DNA of 64,000 nucleotides from Chiloscyllium plagiosum (lineage: Eukaryota): assembly GCF_004010195.1 (NCBI RefSeq), contig NC_057740.1, forward strand, positions 37,769,267 through 37,833,266, written 5' to 3'. The position numbers were made by a program, and so were the translations under genes. The notes beneath the pieces were generated by a model that did no database searches, was not told the origin of the DNA, and was given only the letters and a program-made list of their open reading frames with translations. Of this stretch, positions 38,741 to 50,342 are shown piece by piece. Position 1 is the first letter of the stretch; each line of letters starts with the position of its first letter.

Positions 38741-38940
38741 TGTCAGGTATAGACAGGATAGATCAAGTGAATCCTTAGAGTATAAAGGCAGTAGGAGTAT
38801 ACTTAAGAGGGAAATCAGGAGAGCAAAAATGGGATGTGAGATAGCTTTGGCAAATAGAATTAAGGAGAATCCAAAGAGTTTTTACAAAAACATTAAGGGC
38901 AAAAGGGTAACTAGGGAGAGAATAGGGCCCCTCAAAGATC
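38741..38940 (+). mobile_element. HER1 ORF2 segment between the endonuclease and RT domains
   Basis: LKREIRRAK..LANRIKENPKSFYKNIKGKRVTRERIGPLKD. Confidence 0.88.
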
Positions 38941-39371
38941 ACACCTCCCCCCTTACCTCCCTCCAAGGCCCTAAACGAAACTTCCATATCCGACACAGAT
39001 TCACCTGCACCTCCACACACATCATCTATTGTATCCCCTGCACCCGATGTGGCCTCCTCTATATTGGGGAGACAGGCCGGCTACTTGCAGAGCGTTTCAG
39101 AGAACACCTCTGGGACACCCGCACAAACCAACCCATCCACCCTGTGGCTCAACACTTCAACTCCCCCTCCCACTCCACCAAGGATATGCAGGTCTTTGGA
39201 CTCCTCCATCGCCAGACCACAACAACACGACGGTTGGAGGAAGAGCGCCTCATCTTCCGCCTAGGAACCCTCCAACCACAAGGGATGAACTCGGATTTCA
39301 CCAGTTTCCTCATTTCCCCTCCCCCCACCCTGTCTCAGTCAAATCCATCGAATTCAGCACCGCCTTCCTAA
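38940..39371 (+). pseudogene. Penelope GIY-YIG endonuclease domain (5'-truncated element, frame open)
   Basis: FTCTSTHIIYCIPCTRCGLLYIGETGRLLAERFREH..PVAQHFN..RRLEEERLIFRLGTLQPQGMN: IIY..YIG, CxxC, and conserved R, E and N. Confidence 0.92.
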
Positions 39372-39493
39372 CCTGCAATCTTCTTCCTGACCTCTCCGCC
39401 CCCACCCCAGTCTGACCTATCACCCTCACCTTGACCTCTTTCCACCTATCACATTTCCCAAGTCCCTCCTCCCTACCTTTTATCTTAGCCTGC
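39300..39493 (+). mobile_element. Penelope 3' pseudo-LTR running into the N-gap
   Basis: Nearly identical to 11818-12015. Confidence 0.88.
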
Positions 39494-40016
39494 NNNNNNN
39501 NNNNNNNNNNNNNNNNNNNNNNNNNNNNNNNNNNNNNNNNNNNNNNNNNNNNNNNNNNNNNNNNNNNNNNNNNNNNNNNNNNNNNNNNNNNNNNNNNNNN
39601 NNNNNNNNNNNNNNNNNNNNNNNNNNNNNNNNNNNNNNNNNNNNNNNNNNNNNNNNNNNNNNNNNNNNNNNNNNNNNNNNNNNNNNNNNNNNNNNNNNNN
39701 NNNNNNNNNNNNNNNNNNNNNNNNNNNNNNNNNNNNNNNNNNNNNNNNNNNNNNNNNNNNNNNNNNNNNNNNNNNNNNNNNNNNNNNNNNNNNNNNNNNN
39801 NNNNNNNNNNNNNNNNNNNNNNNNNNNNNNNNNNNNNNNNNNNNNNNNNNNNNNNNNNNNNNNNNNNNNNNNNNNNNNNNNNNNNNNNNNNNNNNNNNNN
39901 NNNNNNNNNNNNNNNNNNNNNNNNNNNNNNNNNNNNNNNNNNNNNNNNNNNNNNNNNNNNNNNNNNNNNNNNNNNNNNNNNNNNNNNNNNNNNNNNNNNN
40001 NNNNNNNNNNNNNNNN

Positions 40017-41081
40017 TGACCAGTGGAGTGCCACAAGGATCGGTGCTGGGTCCTCTACTTTTTGTCATTTACATAAATGATTTGGATGCGAGCATAAGAG
40101 GTACAGTTAGTAAGTTTGCAGATGACACCAAAATTGGAGGTGTAGTGGACAGCAAAGAGGGTTACCTCAGATTACAAAAGGATCTGTACCAGATGGGCCA
40201 ATGGGCTGAGAAGTGGCAGATGGAGTTTAATTCCGATCAATGCAAGGTGCTGCATTTTGAGAAAGCAAATCTTAGCAGGACTTATACACTTAATGGTAAG
40301 GTGATAAGGAGTGTTGCTGCATGAAGAGACCTTGGAGTGCAGGTTCATAGCTCCTTGAAAGTGGAGTCGCATGTAGATAGGATAGTGAAGAAGGCATTTG
40401 GAATGCTTTCTCTTATTGGTCAGAGTATTGAGTACAGGAGGTGGGAGGTCATGTTGCGGCTATACAGGACATTGGTTAGGCCACTGTTGGAATGTTGCAT
40501 GCAATTCTGGTCTCCTTCCTATCGGAAAGATTCAATTCGATTCGATTCCCTGCAGTGGAAACAGGCCTGTTGAGAAATTTGAAAGAGTTCAGAAAAGATT
40601 TACAAGGATGTTGCCAGGGTTGGAGGATTTGAGCTATAGGGAGAGGCTGAACAGATTGGGGCTGTTTTCCCTGGAGTGTTGGAAGCTGAGGGGTGCCCTT
40701 ATAGAGGTTTACAAAATGATGAGGGGCATGGATAGGATAAATAGACAAAATCTTTTCCCTGGGGTGGGGGAGTCCAGAACTAGAGGGCATAGGTTTAGGG
40801 TGAGAGGGGAAAGATATAAAAGAGACCTAAGGGACAACTATTTCACACAGAGGGTGGTACATGTATGGAATGATCTGCCAGAGGAAGTGGTGGAGGCTGG
40901 TGCAACATGTTTCAAATGCAACATTTAAAAGGCATTTGGATGGGTATATGAATAGGAAGTGTTTGGAGGGATATGGGTCCGGGCGCTGGCAGATGGGGCT
41001 AGATTGGGTTGGGATATCTGGTCGGCATGGACGGGTTAGACCGAAGGGTCTGTTTCCATGCTGTACATCTCTATGACTCTA
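40017..41081 (+). mobile_element. HER1 LINE RT and 3' end
   Basis: [30 protein letters not shown]; premature stop at ~40324; tail ctatgactcta. Confidence 0.95.
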
Positions 41082-41279
41082 ACTCCTTTCATACTTAAAG
41101 ATTTGTTCCCCTTTACATTTTCCCCTGAAGGATGGGGACTTTGCAGTTGATCGTGGCCTTTCAATGTGTCAACCTTAACAATGACTGCTGCAATGCAGAA
41201 AGCTATAACTTGCTCTTAGAAAGATTGAAACATGAGACATTCCCAACGCACTTCAGAAACTGGAATCTCTGGCTGACTC

Positions 41280-41815
41280 ACAGATTGGATGTTAAACTGA
41301 AGCCCCATCTGTAGCAATAAAATCATGTCCAATTATTTTGGAAGGAGCCTGGGTGTTCTCCACAGTCGTCTTGTCAATATTTATTCCTTGTCGAGAGTGT
41401 AGTGCTGGAAAAGCACAGCAGGTCAGGCAGCATCAGAGGAGCAGGAGAATTGACATTTCGGGCATAAGCCCTTCATCAGGAATGAGACTTGTGGGTCGGG
41501 GCTGAGAGATAAATGGGAGGGGGTGGGGTTTGGGAAAAGACCTTTCCCACCTATCTTCCTTCCAACCCCAGCACTACACTCTCGACTCTGAGCTTCAGCA
41601 TCTGCAGTCCTCACTTTCTCCTAATATTTATTCCTTGGCCAACATAACAAAAACAGATTATCTGGTCCTTAACATATTGCTGTTTGTTGCTGTGTGTAAA
41701 TTGGCTGCAGTGTTTTCTACTTCATAAAAGTATTTCCAAAAGTACTTCTTTGGCTGTGAAGCACTTTGAGATATCATGAAGTTGTGAAAGATGAAGTATA
41801 AATGTCTTTCTTTGA
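41280..41815 (+). mobile_element. SacSINE1-like element split by the 41391-41622 insertion
   Basis: aatatttattcc..aacataacaaaaacagattatctggtc..ggctgtgaagcactttgag. Confidence 0.65.
41391..41622 (-). mobile_element. Non-coding Penelope pLTR derivative with a hammerhead motif and inverted ends
   Basis: Perfect 15 bp TSD aatatttattccttg (41376-41390 and 41623-41637); minus-strand CTGATGA a gggc ttat gccc GAAA tgtc at ~41452-41479. Confidence 0.88.
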
Positions 41816-43694
41816 ACAAAATAACCAAACTTGTGGCTGAAATATTTGGGTACGAATCCTGCTTGCCCTCTGTTCTGGATTGAATTGTGTCCCAGTTCTT
41901 TGTTCCAAATTGTGTTGCATTGTATATTTAATGCTTTCAAGTACTAAGGGTGTGAGCTTAATCTGGAAGACTATGCCTGTCTGGAGGGAGGGCTGCATAG
42001 TTGCCAAGTGCTCGTACGGTGGCCTGACTGGGACTTGACTGGAACTTGTCCAGCGGAAGTCAACCAGGTCAAAAGCCTGGAATGTGACCTCTTGAGTTCC
42101 TTGGAAGGAAATTCAATTTTTTTCCAGTCAGTATTGTTGGACCAATGTGGGTGTTTATTTAATTAATAAAAGGTGAAATAACTTGTGTATCTAACTGGTA
42201 TGGAATTCGGTGAATGTCCCAAATTTTATTTTGCTAAATCTTTAAGAAATCCTGTTAGATGGAGTGTGGTGAAATAGATGACTGGTAATGTTTATGAAAC
42301 AGATAATTTCAAGAGGTGCTAAGTGACAACATTGAATTTAGTCCAGCATTAGGGGCAGGAATTATTTTAGGTTTTTGTTAGATTATTCAGGATAGATCGG
42401 AGGGTCTGTGAACAGGTGTTAAAAAGAAACCGGTAATGAGAGAGAGAAGGAAAAAGAAACAAAAAGAAGTAGACTGTTAGGAGCTGTACTGCCGGGAGAG
42501 CATCTGTCCTACAGATTGTCTATTAGAGGACTTTGTGAGGAATCAATACAGTTAGATGGTTCCGTGCTACAGACTTTAGGAAGAAGTTCTAGGAATTAGT
42601 TCTTGGATTAGTAGGAAACTAGCTGTTGGGAGTCAGGGCTCCGAAGTCTTGGAGAGTCGAGAAAGTGGGAAGGATGCTGGCTTTGTCTTGAGGGAAACTG
42701 TGGAGGGCTTGGAAGAATCATGCGAGCATTAATACTTCAGTGTAACTGGGAGAGTATGCATTGAAAAACTTACCAGCAATGTTTACTTGATGCCAACTGA
42801 GTAAGATTGGAGCTTGGTGAGTGGGGGAACTGCCTCAGTAAGTTGGCTGTAGGTGAAGAGCTTGTTGAACAGGTATGCTGGGGTCTTGGAGTGGGGGGCG
42901 GGAAATGGTTTGGGTGAATGGATGGATAATTTCTCACAGACACTAATTTTTAAATGGCTTGTTTCCCAAGTCTTCCCACCAAGGCGTGTGCACACACACA
43001 GTAATGGAATGCCAGGAGTGCCTCATGCTCTCCGCAGTAATGCAGTGAAGTAATGGGATATTTGGATGCAGCTCGCATTACTCTTAAATAACAGCAGGCA
43101 GCTGTGCAGGGGCTCCTTATACCTTTTTAGGATGGCCATTGCTTGTGCAACTACATTTCACACTAATTTTACAGTGTTTTTTATTTTGACAGATGGTTTG
43201 GAGCATAAAGCAGGGTTTGGTGAGTTTCCAGCAGCAGCCAGATGACCACATTCTTCTCAGCAGCTTTGTTTGGCTATATTTGCTCTTCACTTATGCCAAA
43301 ACAAAATGCTCAGTGATTGGCTTAGAAGTTAAGGTAGATGTCTGTGCTGACTCTTAAAACAAAAGTTAAATTGAAGAAAATAAATGCACCTTGACAGAGC
43401 CTCATACATTCAAGGGAAAACATTGGTTATTCATGAAGTTCTTTAGAACAGAACTGAAGGTCATTGTTGCTCTTAGATATGAAGGCAGTCAGAATGCAGA
43501 GCACAGCATTTCAGTGATGTTCCAGTAAAGCCACTACATAGTTCTGTTGTTTGTGCTCATAGAATAAAAAAAGCACAGAAGGATTCTATTTGGCTCACAA
43601 TATCCCTATTTTACTAGCAAAACTTTTCATACTTTGAACATCATTTAAATATCCATTAGCCTTCTAACTTTTCAAAAGAGCACAATCCAGTCAA

Positions 43695-43820
43695 GTAAAA
43701 ACAAAATACTGCAGTTGGGGAAATCTGAAAAAGCCGGCTGTGAAAGCTGGAGAAACTCCACATCTGTGGAGAGAGAAATACAAATTAATGCTTTGATCCA
43801 GAATGACTCTTCAGAACTGT
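43695..43820 (-). mobile_element. Old Penelope-derived fragment with a decayed hammerhead motif
   Basis: Minus strand cagtt CTGAAGA gtcattctggatc aaag catt aatttg. Confidence 0.5.
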
Positions 43821-44207
43821 AAGAGTCATTTGACTCTGTGCAAGCCTGTCTTAGCTGTGTTAGCATTTTTGGACTCCAAATAGCCGGTGCACTCCTAAAA
43901 TTGATGCCAAATAGTTCCAGGCAAAAAGTTAGTAATTTGGAACTGGTAACACATTTATACTGTGTGTAAATTTACTTGACTGATGTTGTTTAGCTCTGTG
44001 GTGTAACTGTGTTCTTAACTCTTGGGATGTTTGTAATTGTGTTCTTTTTAAGCAGGCAAAAGCTGCATATTTATCGTTCCTTGTGTGAGTATACATTTAC
44101 ATCATCTGTGTTGAAGCCAACAGGACATCATGTGCATTTATTTTCCTCCACCCTAAAGCACCTAGAAATGCTTTGGTTCCTTAATTAAAGTTGAAAAACG
44201 CATTGAT

Positions 44208-44712
44208 CACAGAATCATAGCTGTACACATGGAAACAGACCTTTCGGTCCAACTTGTCCATGCTGGCCAGATATCCGAAATTAATCTCTTCCTCTTTGCC
44301 AGCGTTTGGCCCATGTCCCTGTAAACCCTTCCTATTCATATACCTATCCAGATGCCTTTTAAATGTTGTAATTATACCAGCTCATTCTATACATGCACCA
44401 CCTCCTAAGATGCCTCTTCGGTCACTTTTTAAATCTTATCCCTCTCGCCTTAAACCTATGCCCTCTCGTTTTGGACTCCCCCAACTTGGGGATAAAGACC
44501 TTGGCTATTCACCCTATCCATGCCTGTCGTGATTTTATAAACCTCTGTAAGGTCAACCATGAGCCTCCAATGCTTCAGGGAAAATAGCTCCACCCTATTC
44601 AGCATCCCCTTACAGCTCAAAATCTCCAACCCTGGCAACATCCTTGTAGATCTTTCCTGAGCCCTTTCAAGTTTCACAAGATTCTTCCTATAGGAGGGAG
44701 ACCAGAATTTTG
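44208..44712 (-). mobile_element. HER1 3' fragment
   Basis: ORF KLERAQERSTRMLPGLE; antisense tail at ~44210. Confidence 0.85.
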
Positions 44713-44899
44713 CACACTATTCAGTGTTAATAATTTGGAGAAGCTGGCGTCATTCTCTTCAGAACCAAGTAGATTGAGAAGATATTTGATAGATATGCTC
44801 AAAGTCATGTGTGGTCTTGGCCGAAGGGTTGAAAATCAGAGAATGTAGATTTAAAGTGATTGGCAAAGATCAAAATGATCTTTTTTATGCAGTAGTCAA

Positions 44900-45250
44900 G
44901 GGGGAAATAGTAGCGTTGTGGAAATGACACGACTAATAAGCCAGAGTCCCAGATGATAACAGTTAAATTTTGTAAAGCTAATTAAATCTGCAGTGTAAAA
45001 ATAGTCTCAACAATGGTGACTGTGAAATTATAACTGCCATAAAATCCCCCCACCTGATTCATTGCTGTTCTTTGGTGAGGGAAATCCGTCTTTACCTACA
45101 CTGGCCTCCGTGTGATGTCATAAGCAACAATATGGTTGGTTCTTAAATGCTTCCTAAAATGACTTAGCAAGCCATTCAGTTCGAGGCCAACCAGATAAGG
45201 GCAGTGAGTTCTGTCTCTTGCCCATAACACCCACCCCAAGAAAGAATGAA
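44900..45250 (+). mobile_element. MetaSINE-like SINE, diverged
   Basis: gagggaaatccgtctttacc..tggcctccgtgtga..ctaaaatgacttagcaagccattcagttc. Confidence 0.55.
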
Positions 45251-46319
45251 AAAGATGAGGCAAGTGGTTAGCGTCTGGGATTCATTGCCTGAATATGTAG
45301 TGGAGGCAAATTTATTCTTGATTTTCAGAAAGGATTGGATAAAACGCCGGATGGATAAAATGACAGGCCCACGCGGAAAGTTGGGAAGAGAGTGGGAATA
45401 ACTAAATTGTTCTTGCAGAGAGCTGGCGTGGCCTGGCTGAGCTAAATAGATTTTTTTTTGTAATGTAACCATTCCATAAAATTGTATGATATGTACATTT
45501 CCTTCTACTGTCACTATTCTCCAAAAGCAGAGAGGAGGAACACATTGTGAAAGTCCGGTATAGTTTTAATAGTGATATTTGCTCCTAGTTTATGTTCAGT
45601 GGCGGGTTGTGGTGGATTACGCAGAGGTTAATTAATCACACTTGGAGTTCCTCGGTGAAATGGCCTCCTGTGATTCTGTCATTTCTATGCCAGAGCTCGG
45701 AGAGGTATTCATTTGGTCTCCCTCTTCTTTTCTCCATAGCCCCCCCATGTTTGTTTTCCTTCAGATGCTTATTCAAATCTCTTATGAAGACCATGGTTGA
45801 ATCTTACTCTGTGAATTCAGGTCCTTGCCACTCGCTTCATTGGGAAGGTTTTATCTCATGTTCCTCTTGATTCTTTTACAAGGGATTTTAAATCAATATC
45901 GACTCGTTCTCAACGTTACTGCCTATAGGGATGGTTTTCCGCATTAACTCTGTGCAGACCCCAAATGGTTTTTGAACAAGTTTGGCAAATCTTCCCTCAG
46001 CTTTCTCCTCTCTAAGGAGGTTTTCTTCTCCCGTCACTTCCAATCTGTCCTTGAAACTGTAATCTCTTATCACCAAAATCTTTCCTGGAGTAGGAAAGTT
46101 GTATACAAACCTATGAGCAATCCAAGACCTGGGAATTGAACTAAGCAAGCTCAGGAAACACAGTCTGATTTTGTTCTGACTTGATCTTCCTTTGATATTA
46201 GTGTCTGCAGGTTTGTAGAAAGTCTCTTTGTAGTGCAAATTGCCTTTATTGGTGGCTGCATGTCCAAATGCAGTGACCATTTTCAACAAGAGAGATTTAA
46301 CCCATTGCCCCATGACTGT

Positions 46320-46676
46320 CAATGACATTTCATTGCTGAATCCCTCACTCAACAGCGTGGGAATTACATTGACCTGAAACTGAACTGGACTAGCCATGTA
46401 AGAACTGGGGCTATAAGGACAAGGGTAATGGATACATGAGAAAATAACCATCCGCAGTTTTCTCTCTAAGCCACTTTATTCTGACTTATTACTGTTCCTG
46501 GGTCAAAATCCTGGAACTCCCTCCCTAATAGCATTGTGGAGCTACCTACGCCAAATGGACTGCAGCAGTGGTTCAAGAAGGTGGCTCACCACCACCACCT
46601 CGAGAGCAACTGGCGACGGGCAATAAATGTGGGCCGAGTCAATGAATCCCACATCTCCTGAATGAACTAATAAAAA
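46320..46676 (+). mobile_element. Family B LINE 3' fragment
   Basis: gggtcaaaatcctggaactccctccctaa..ggttcaagaaggtggctcaccaccacc..gggcaataaatg. Confidence 0.7.
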
Positions 46677-47755
46677 CGGACATCAAGATTGAATGGATAA
46701 ATACGATCATTCATTTCAACTTTCTACTTTGCAGTATGCACACACTGTTTCCATAAAAATGGATCCTTCCTATTAAAGACCAAAGACCTTGGGTGCAGGT
46801 TAATTGTGGTTCGTTGGGGAGTGCGGAGAAAGAAATCTGATTCAGCTGAATTTTCATGCTGTCATTATTAGAGTAGGAGAAATGCCAATTCATCGCTCGG
46901 TTATAAAAATGGCTGACTCCCGCATTGCTAACACTGGCAGAATCTTTAAAGACAAGTATTTGTTTCATTGCAAACTGTTCTTTATTTTGTTCTTGAAGAT
47001 TTGTGACACAATATTATAACACATTTTTTCTTTTCAAAGTGACCATTTTGACGTTAAATGCATGGTGTCCTGTGCCTAGGAAGTAGTAGTAATGCCACAA
47101 TTATTGGAAAATGTAACCCACTTTAAATATTCACCTACTTTTAATCGAATGAAAATTCAAGCAATTAAATGTAGCAATATATGCAAATTATTTCACTCTA
47201 TCTGTTCCACAGATCACAAGTGTTTTTTCTAAATTAAAACCTCTGAAATGATTTTGTGTGATTTATGTTTTTGTTTGTATCAATGCATCAGCACCCCTCT
47301 TTTTCCTGTATGTTTTGTATCTTAGCTCTGACCCTAGGGATAATCAATTGCCATTGACTGATAAGCCAAGGAACTTGGTACAGAGGGACAATGAAAGTAA
47401 AACCTGGTTTGTACACTTCAGCAACCACATTGACTTTAAACAGTTACTGTCAAACCATTTACTCTGTTGCTGCTGATTTTGGAATTTGTGTTTTGAATCC
47501 AATGGTAAAGTGTCAGCTTAATCTTTACCTGCCGTGCCAGAAAGTAGTGAAAGTAGTTTTCTCCAAAGAAAAGAATCCTTTTTCAAGGCTTCAAACCTCA
47601 TTAACGGAACACATTGATGTGATTGGTGTTCTCTCTAGATGGATTATTGGCTGGCTTTGTTACAGGTGCTCTGGAATTTGGGACTATTCTGGAGCGCATG
47701 ATGTTATCATGTGCGTGAGAATTAGCTCCATTTGCTTGCCACATCATCAATCCAG

Positions 47756-47992
47756 GAGAAAGTGAGGACTGTAGATGCTGCCGATCAGAGTCGAGAGTAT
47801 GATGCTGGAAAAGCACAGCAGGTCAGACAGCATCTGAGGAGCAGGAGAATCTACGTTTTGGGCATAAGCCCTTCATCAGGAATGAGCCTGGTTCATCTCA
47901 TTCCTGAGGAAGGGCTTATGCCCGAAATACCGACTCTCCTGCTCATCGGATGCTGCCTGACCTTTTCCAGCTTTTCCAGCACCACACTCTCG
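47756..47992. mobile_element. Fold-back Penelope pLTR derivative with two opposed hammerhead motifs
   Basis: Arms ~47790-47886 and ~47897-47994 around a 10 nt loop; TSD-like acatcatcaatccag and acatcaggaacccag (12/15). Confidence 0.85.
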
Positions 47993-49717
47993 ACATCAGG
48001 AACCCAGCAGATTTGATTTTCTTGGTCCAACCCACATTGTACAGTGGTGACTGTTGACACAGAAGAATCTCAAACCTTAACTTCCAGTTCCAACTTTGAA
48101 TGTCTCGATTGAATTTACCTCCACCAATTTCTGAGGCAATGCCTTCCAGATCCTAACCACGCGCTGCACAAGTTTTCCGCCTATCACTTTTGCTTCTTTT
48201 ATTAGAGACGTTAAACTTCTACCCTCGAGTTCTCAATCCTTTTATGAGTGGAAACATTTTCTCCCTGCGTACTATGTCCTAACTTTTAGATTTTGGATGA
48301 AACTTTTAGCTTTGTGCTTGTCCAAGAGCCCATGCTGACTTGGAAACCTTTGTGCATTGTCTACCAGTATTTGGCTTTGGTTGAAGTGCAGGTTGTTTGC
48401 TGTAGACCCACCTCGGCAGTGGAACAGCATGTAAAATGGGAGGACGAAATCACTTGAACAGAAGGAGAATTCTGAAGACTTGGTTCAACTTCTATTTATT
48501 GTTTGACAGTTCCAATCTACTCGGTTGATTTCAAGTGTCGATTGATTGTTCGTGCAAATATGGCTTAACGTTGACTTTCTGCTGCCGTTTAAACTAGATG
48601 GGACAAGTTGAAAATAGAACTTGGAATAGCAGCTGGTCATGTGGATTCTTGAATGCCTCTCCTCTACCTTTGAATAAGACCAGTACTGATTGTGTACCTG
48701 AATATTGCGTACCCTGATTCCATTCCCCTTTTTCTGGTAATGATGAGTTTGGTTTAATTATGTCATGCTTTTAGCTTAATGCCACTGGTTGTTCCTTACA
48801 GAAGTATACTTGTTTATTTGCCTTGTTTGGATCATGCAATGATGACTGTTCTTGTTGACTTCTCCTAGAGTCTAATCTTGACATTTTAAAAGCTTGAAAC
48901 CTCTTTGGGTTGGCTAAAAATGCCACAAACTTTTGTAAATTGAGACTGTGTCTCAATGCAGGTGGGTTTGCACTCTTTTGGCAGCATGGTGAGCCCAGTC
49001 ATTATGATGCCTTCTGAATATTTTCATCTCCTGTCCCTCCAAGATGGAGCAATAATAATGGCAATGTGCCCTTTCTGTTGAATGTTTCGAACTTTGCAGT
49101 TATGGGAATCTGAGTGGTTTACAGATACCACTTCAGATTGGTCTGATTTCTGAAGCGTTAGAAGTGGTGACCTTTCATTATTCTGTTTGTCTTTGTTTAT
49201 TACTTTATTCTGATTTGATTGCAGAGCGATCCAACATAATAAACCTCAAAACTCTTTACCTGTTCTTTTTGGGGCAAATCAGAAGCAGAGTTTTGTAGTT
49301 CAGAATTGTTGTAAGGCATCAGGAGGGTGTTTGGCCCACTGTGTCTGCACTAACTCTCCAAATGAACATCATGACTTGATAACAAGCTAAACTTTTACAC
49401 AACTTATTTAAAGGAAAAAGTCGCTTTGGTTACTCAACACGGCTGTTTTCGTACTTTCAGATTATCTTCAGATTTTGACAGCTGTGGAAATCAAATATTT
49501 GCTAATAGCAGAATCTACAGACGGGAGTGTTCGTAACTAAATTAATGTAAGGATGTGGAAATGCACTCCATTGTGCAGAGAGAAAAGGTTTTTAGGCAAA
49601 TCAATTTCTGTTAAGAATTGGTAGTCTTAAAGTAAAGAGAAAAATGTTGGAGTGTGTAGTGATAGCAACGGTTTGTTGACACTGATGTATTTGTATACAA
49701 AGCTCTATTTAGATCAC

Positions 49718-49849
49718 GAGGAGAAAGTGAGGTCTGCAGATGCTGGAGATCAAAGTTGAAACTTTATTGCTGGAACAGCACAGCAGGTCAGGCAGCATCC
49801 AGGGAACAGGAGATTCGACGTTTCGGGCACAGGCCCTTCTTCAGGAATC
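49718..49849 (-). mobile_element. Penelope pLTR 3' piece beginning at the hammerhead motif
   Basis: Similar to the reverse complement of 12031-12160; possible short TSD atcac. Confidence 0.85.
49812..49849 (-). ncRNA. Structurally intact minimal type I hammerhead ribozyme motif
   Basis: GATTC CTGAAGA A GGGC CTGT GCCC GAAA CGTC GAATC: 5 bp stem I, 4 bp stem II, palindromic ACGU, GUC cleavage triplet. Confidence 0.8.
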
Positions 49850-49899
49850 ACATCAATTACCTTTGAGAGTGCGGAATACTAACCAAAGATCAAGGTATG

Positions 49900-50342
49900 A
49901 AGAGCAAGATGTTTGACACTGTCCAGGACCCGCTCGATTGGCACCCCACCCATTCCCTCCAATACTGATGCTTAGTAGCAGCAATGTGTCCTATCTACAA
50001 AATGCCCTGCAGATTCACCAAAGATCAGTAGAAGCATCTTCCAAACCCAGACCATTTCCATCTAGAAGGGCAAGGGCAGCAGATATATGGGAATACCATC
50101 ACCAACTGTAAGTTCCTCTCCAAGCCACTCAACATCCTGACTTGGAAATATATTGTCATTCCTTCAGTGTCATTGGGTCAAAATCCTGGAATTCCCTTTG
50201 TAATGAAATTTTGAGTCTAGCTACTGCACATGGGCTGCAGCGGTTCAAGAAGGCAGCTCACCACCAACTTCCCAAGGACAATTAGGGATGGGCAATAAAT
50301 GCGGGCACAGCCAATGAATCCCAAGTCCCATGAGAGAATGAA
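49900..50342 (+). mobile_element. Family B LINE 3' fragment
   Basis: ctatctacaaaatgccctgcag..ccatctagaagggcaagggcagcag..cagcggttcaagaaggcagctcaccacc..gggcaataaatgc. Confidence 0.75.

Noticed and set aside
39310-40324. Long ORFs of 183-297 aa
   Set aside because: They span the N-gap; only the CR1 RT portion after 40017 is real, and it hits a stop at ~40324
45888-46451. 187 aa minus-strand ORF
   Set aside because: No recognisable domain; overlaps decayed LINE remnants
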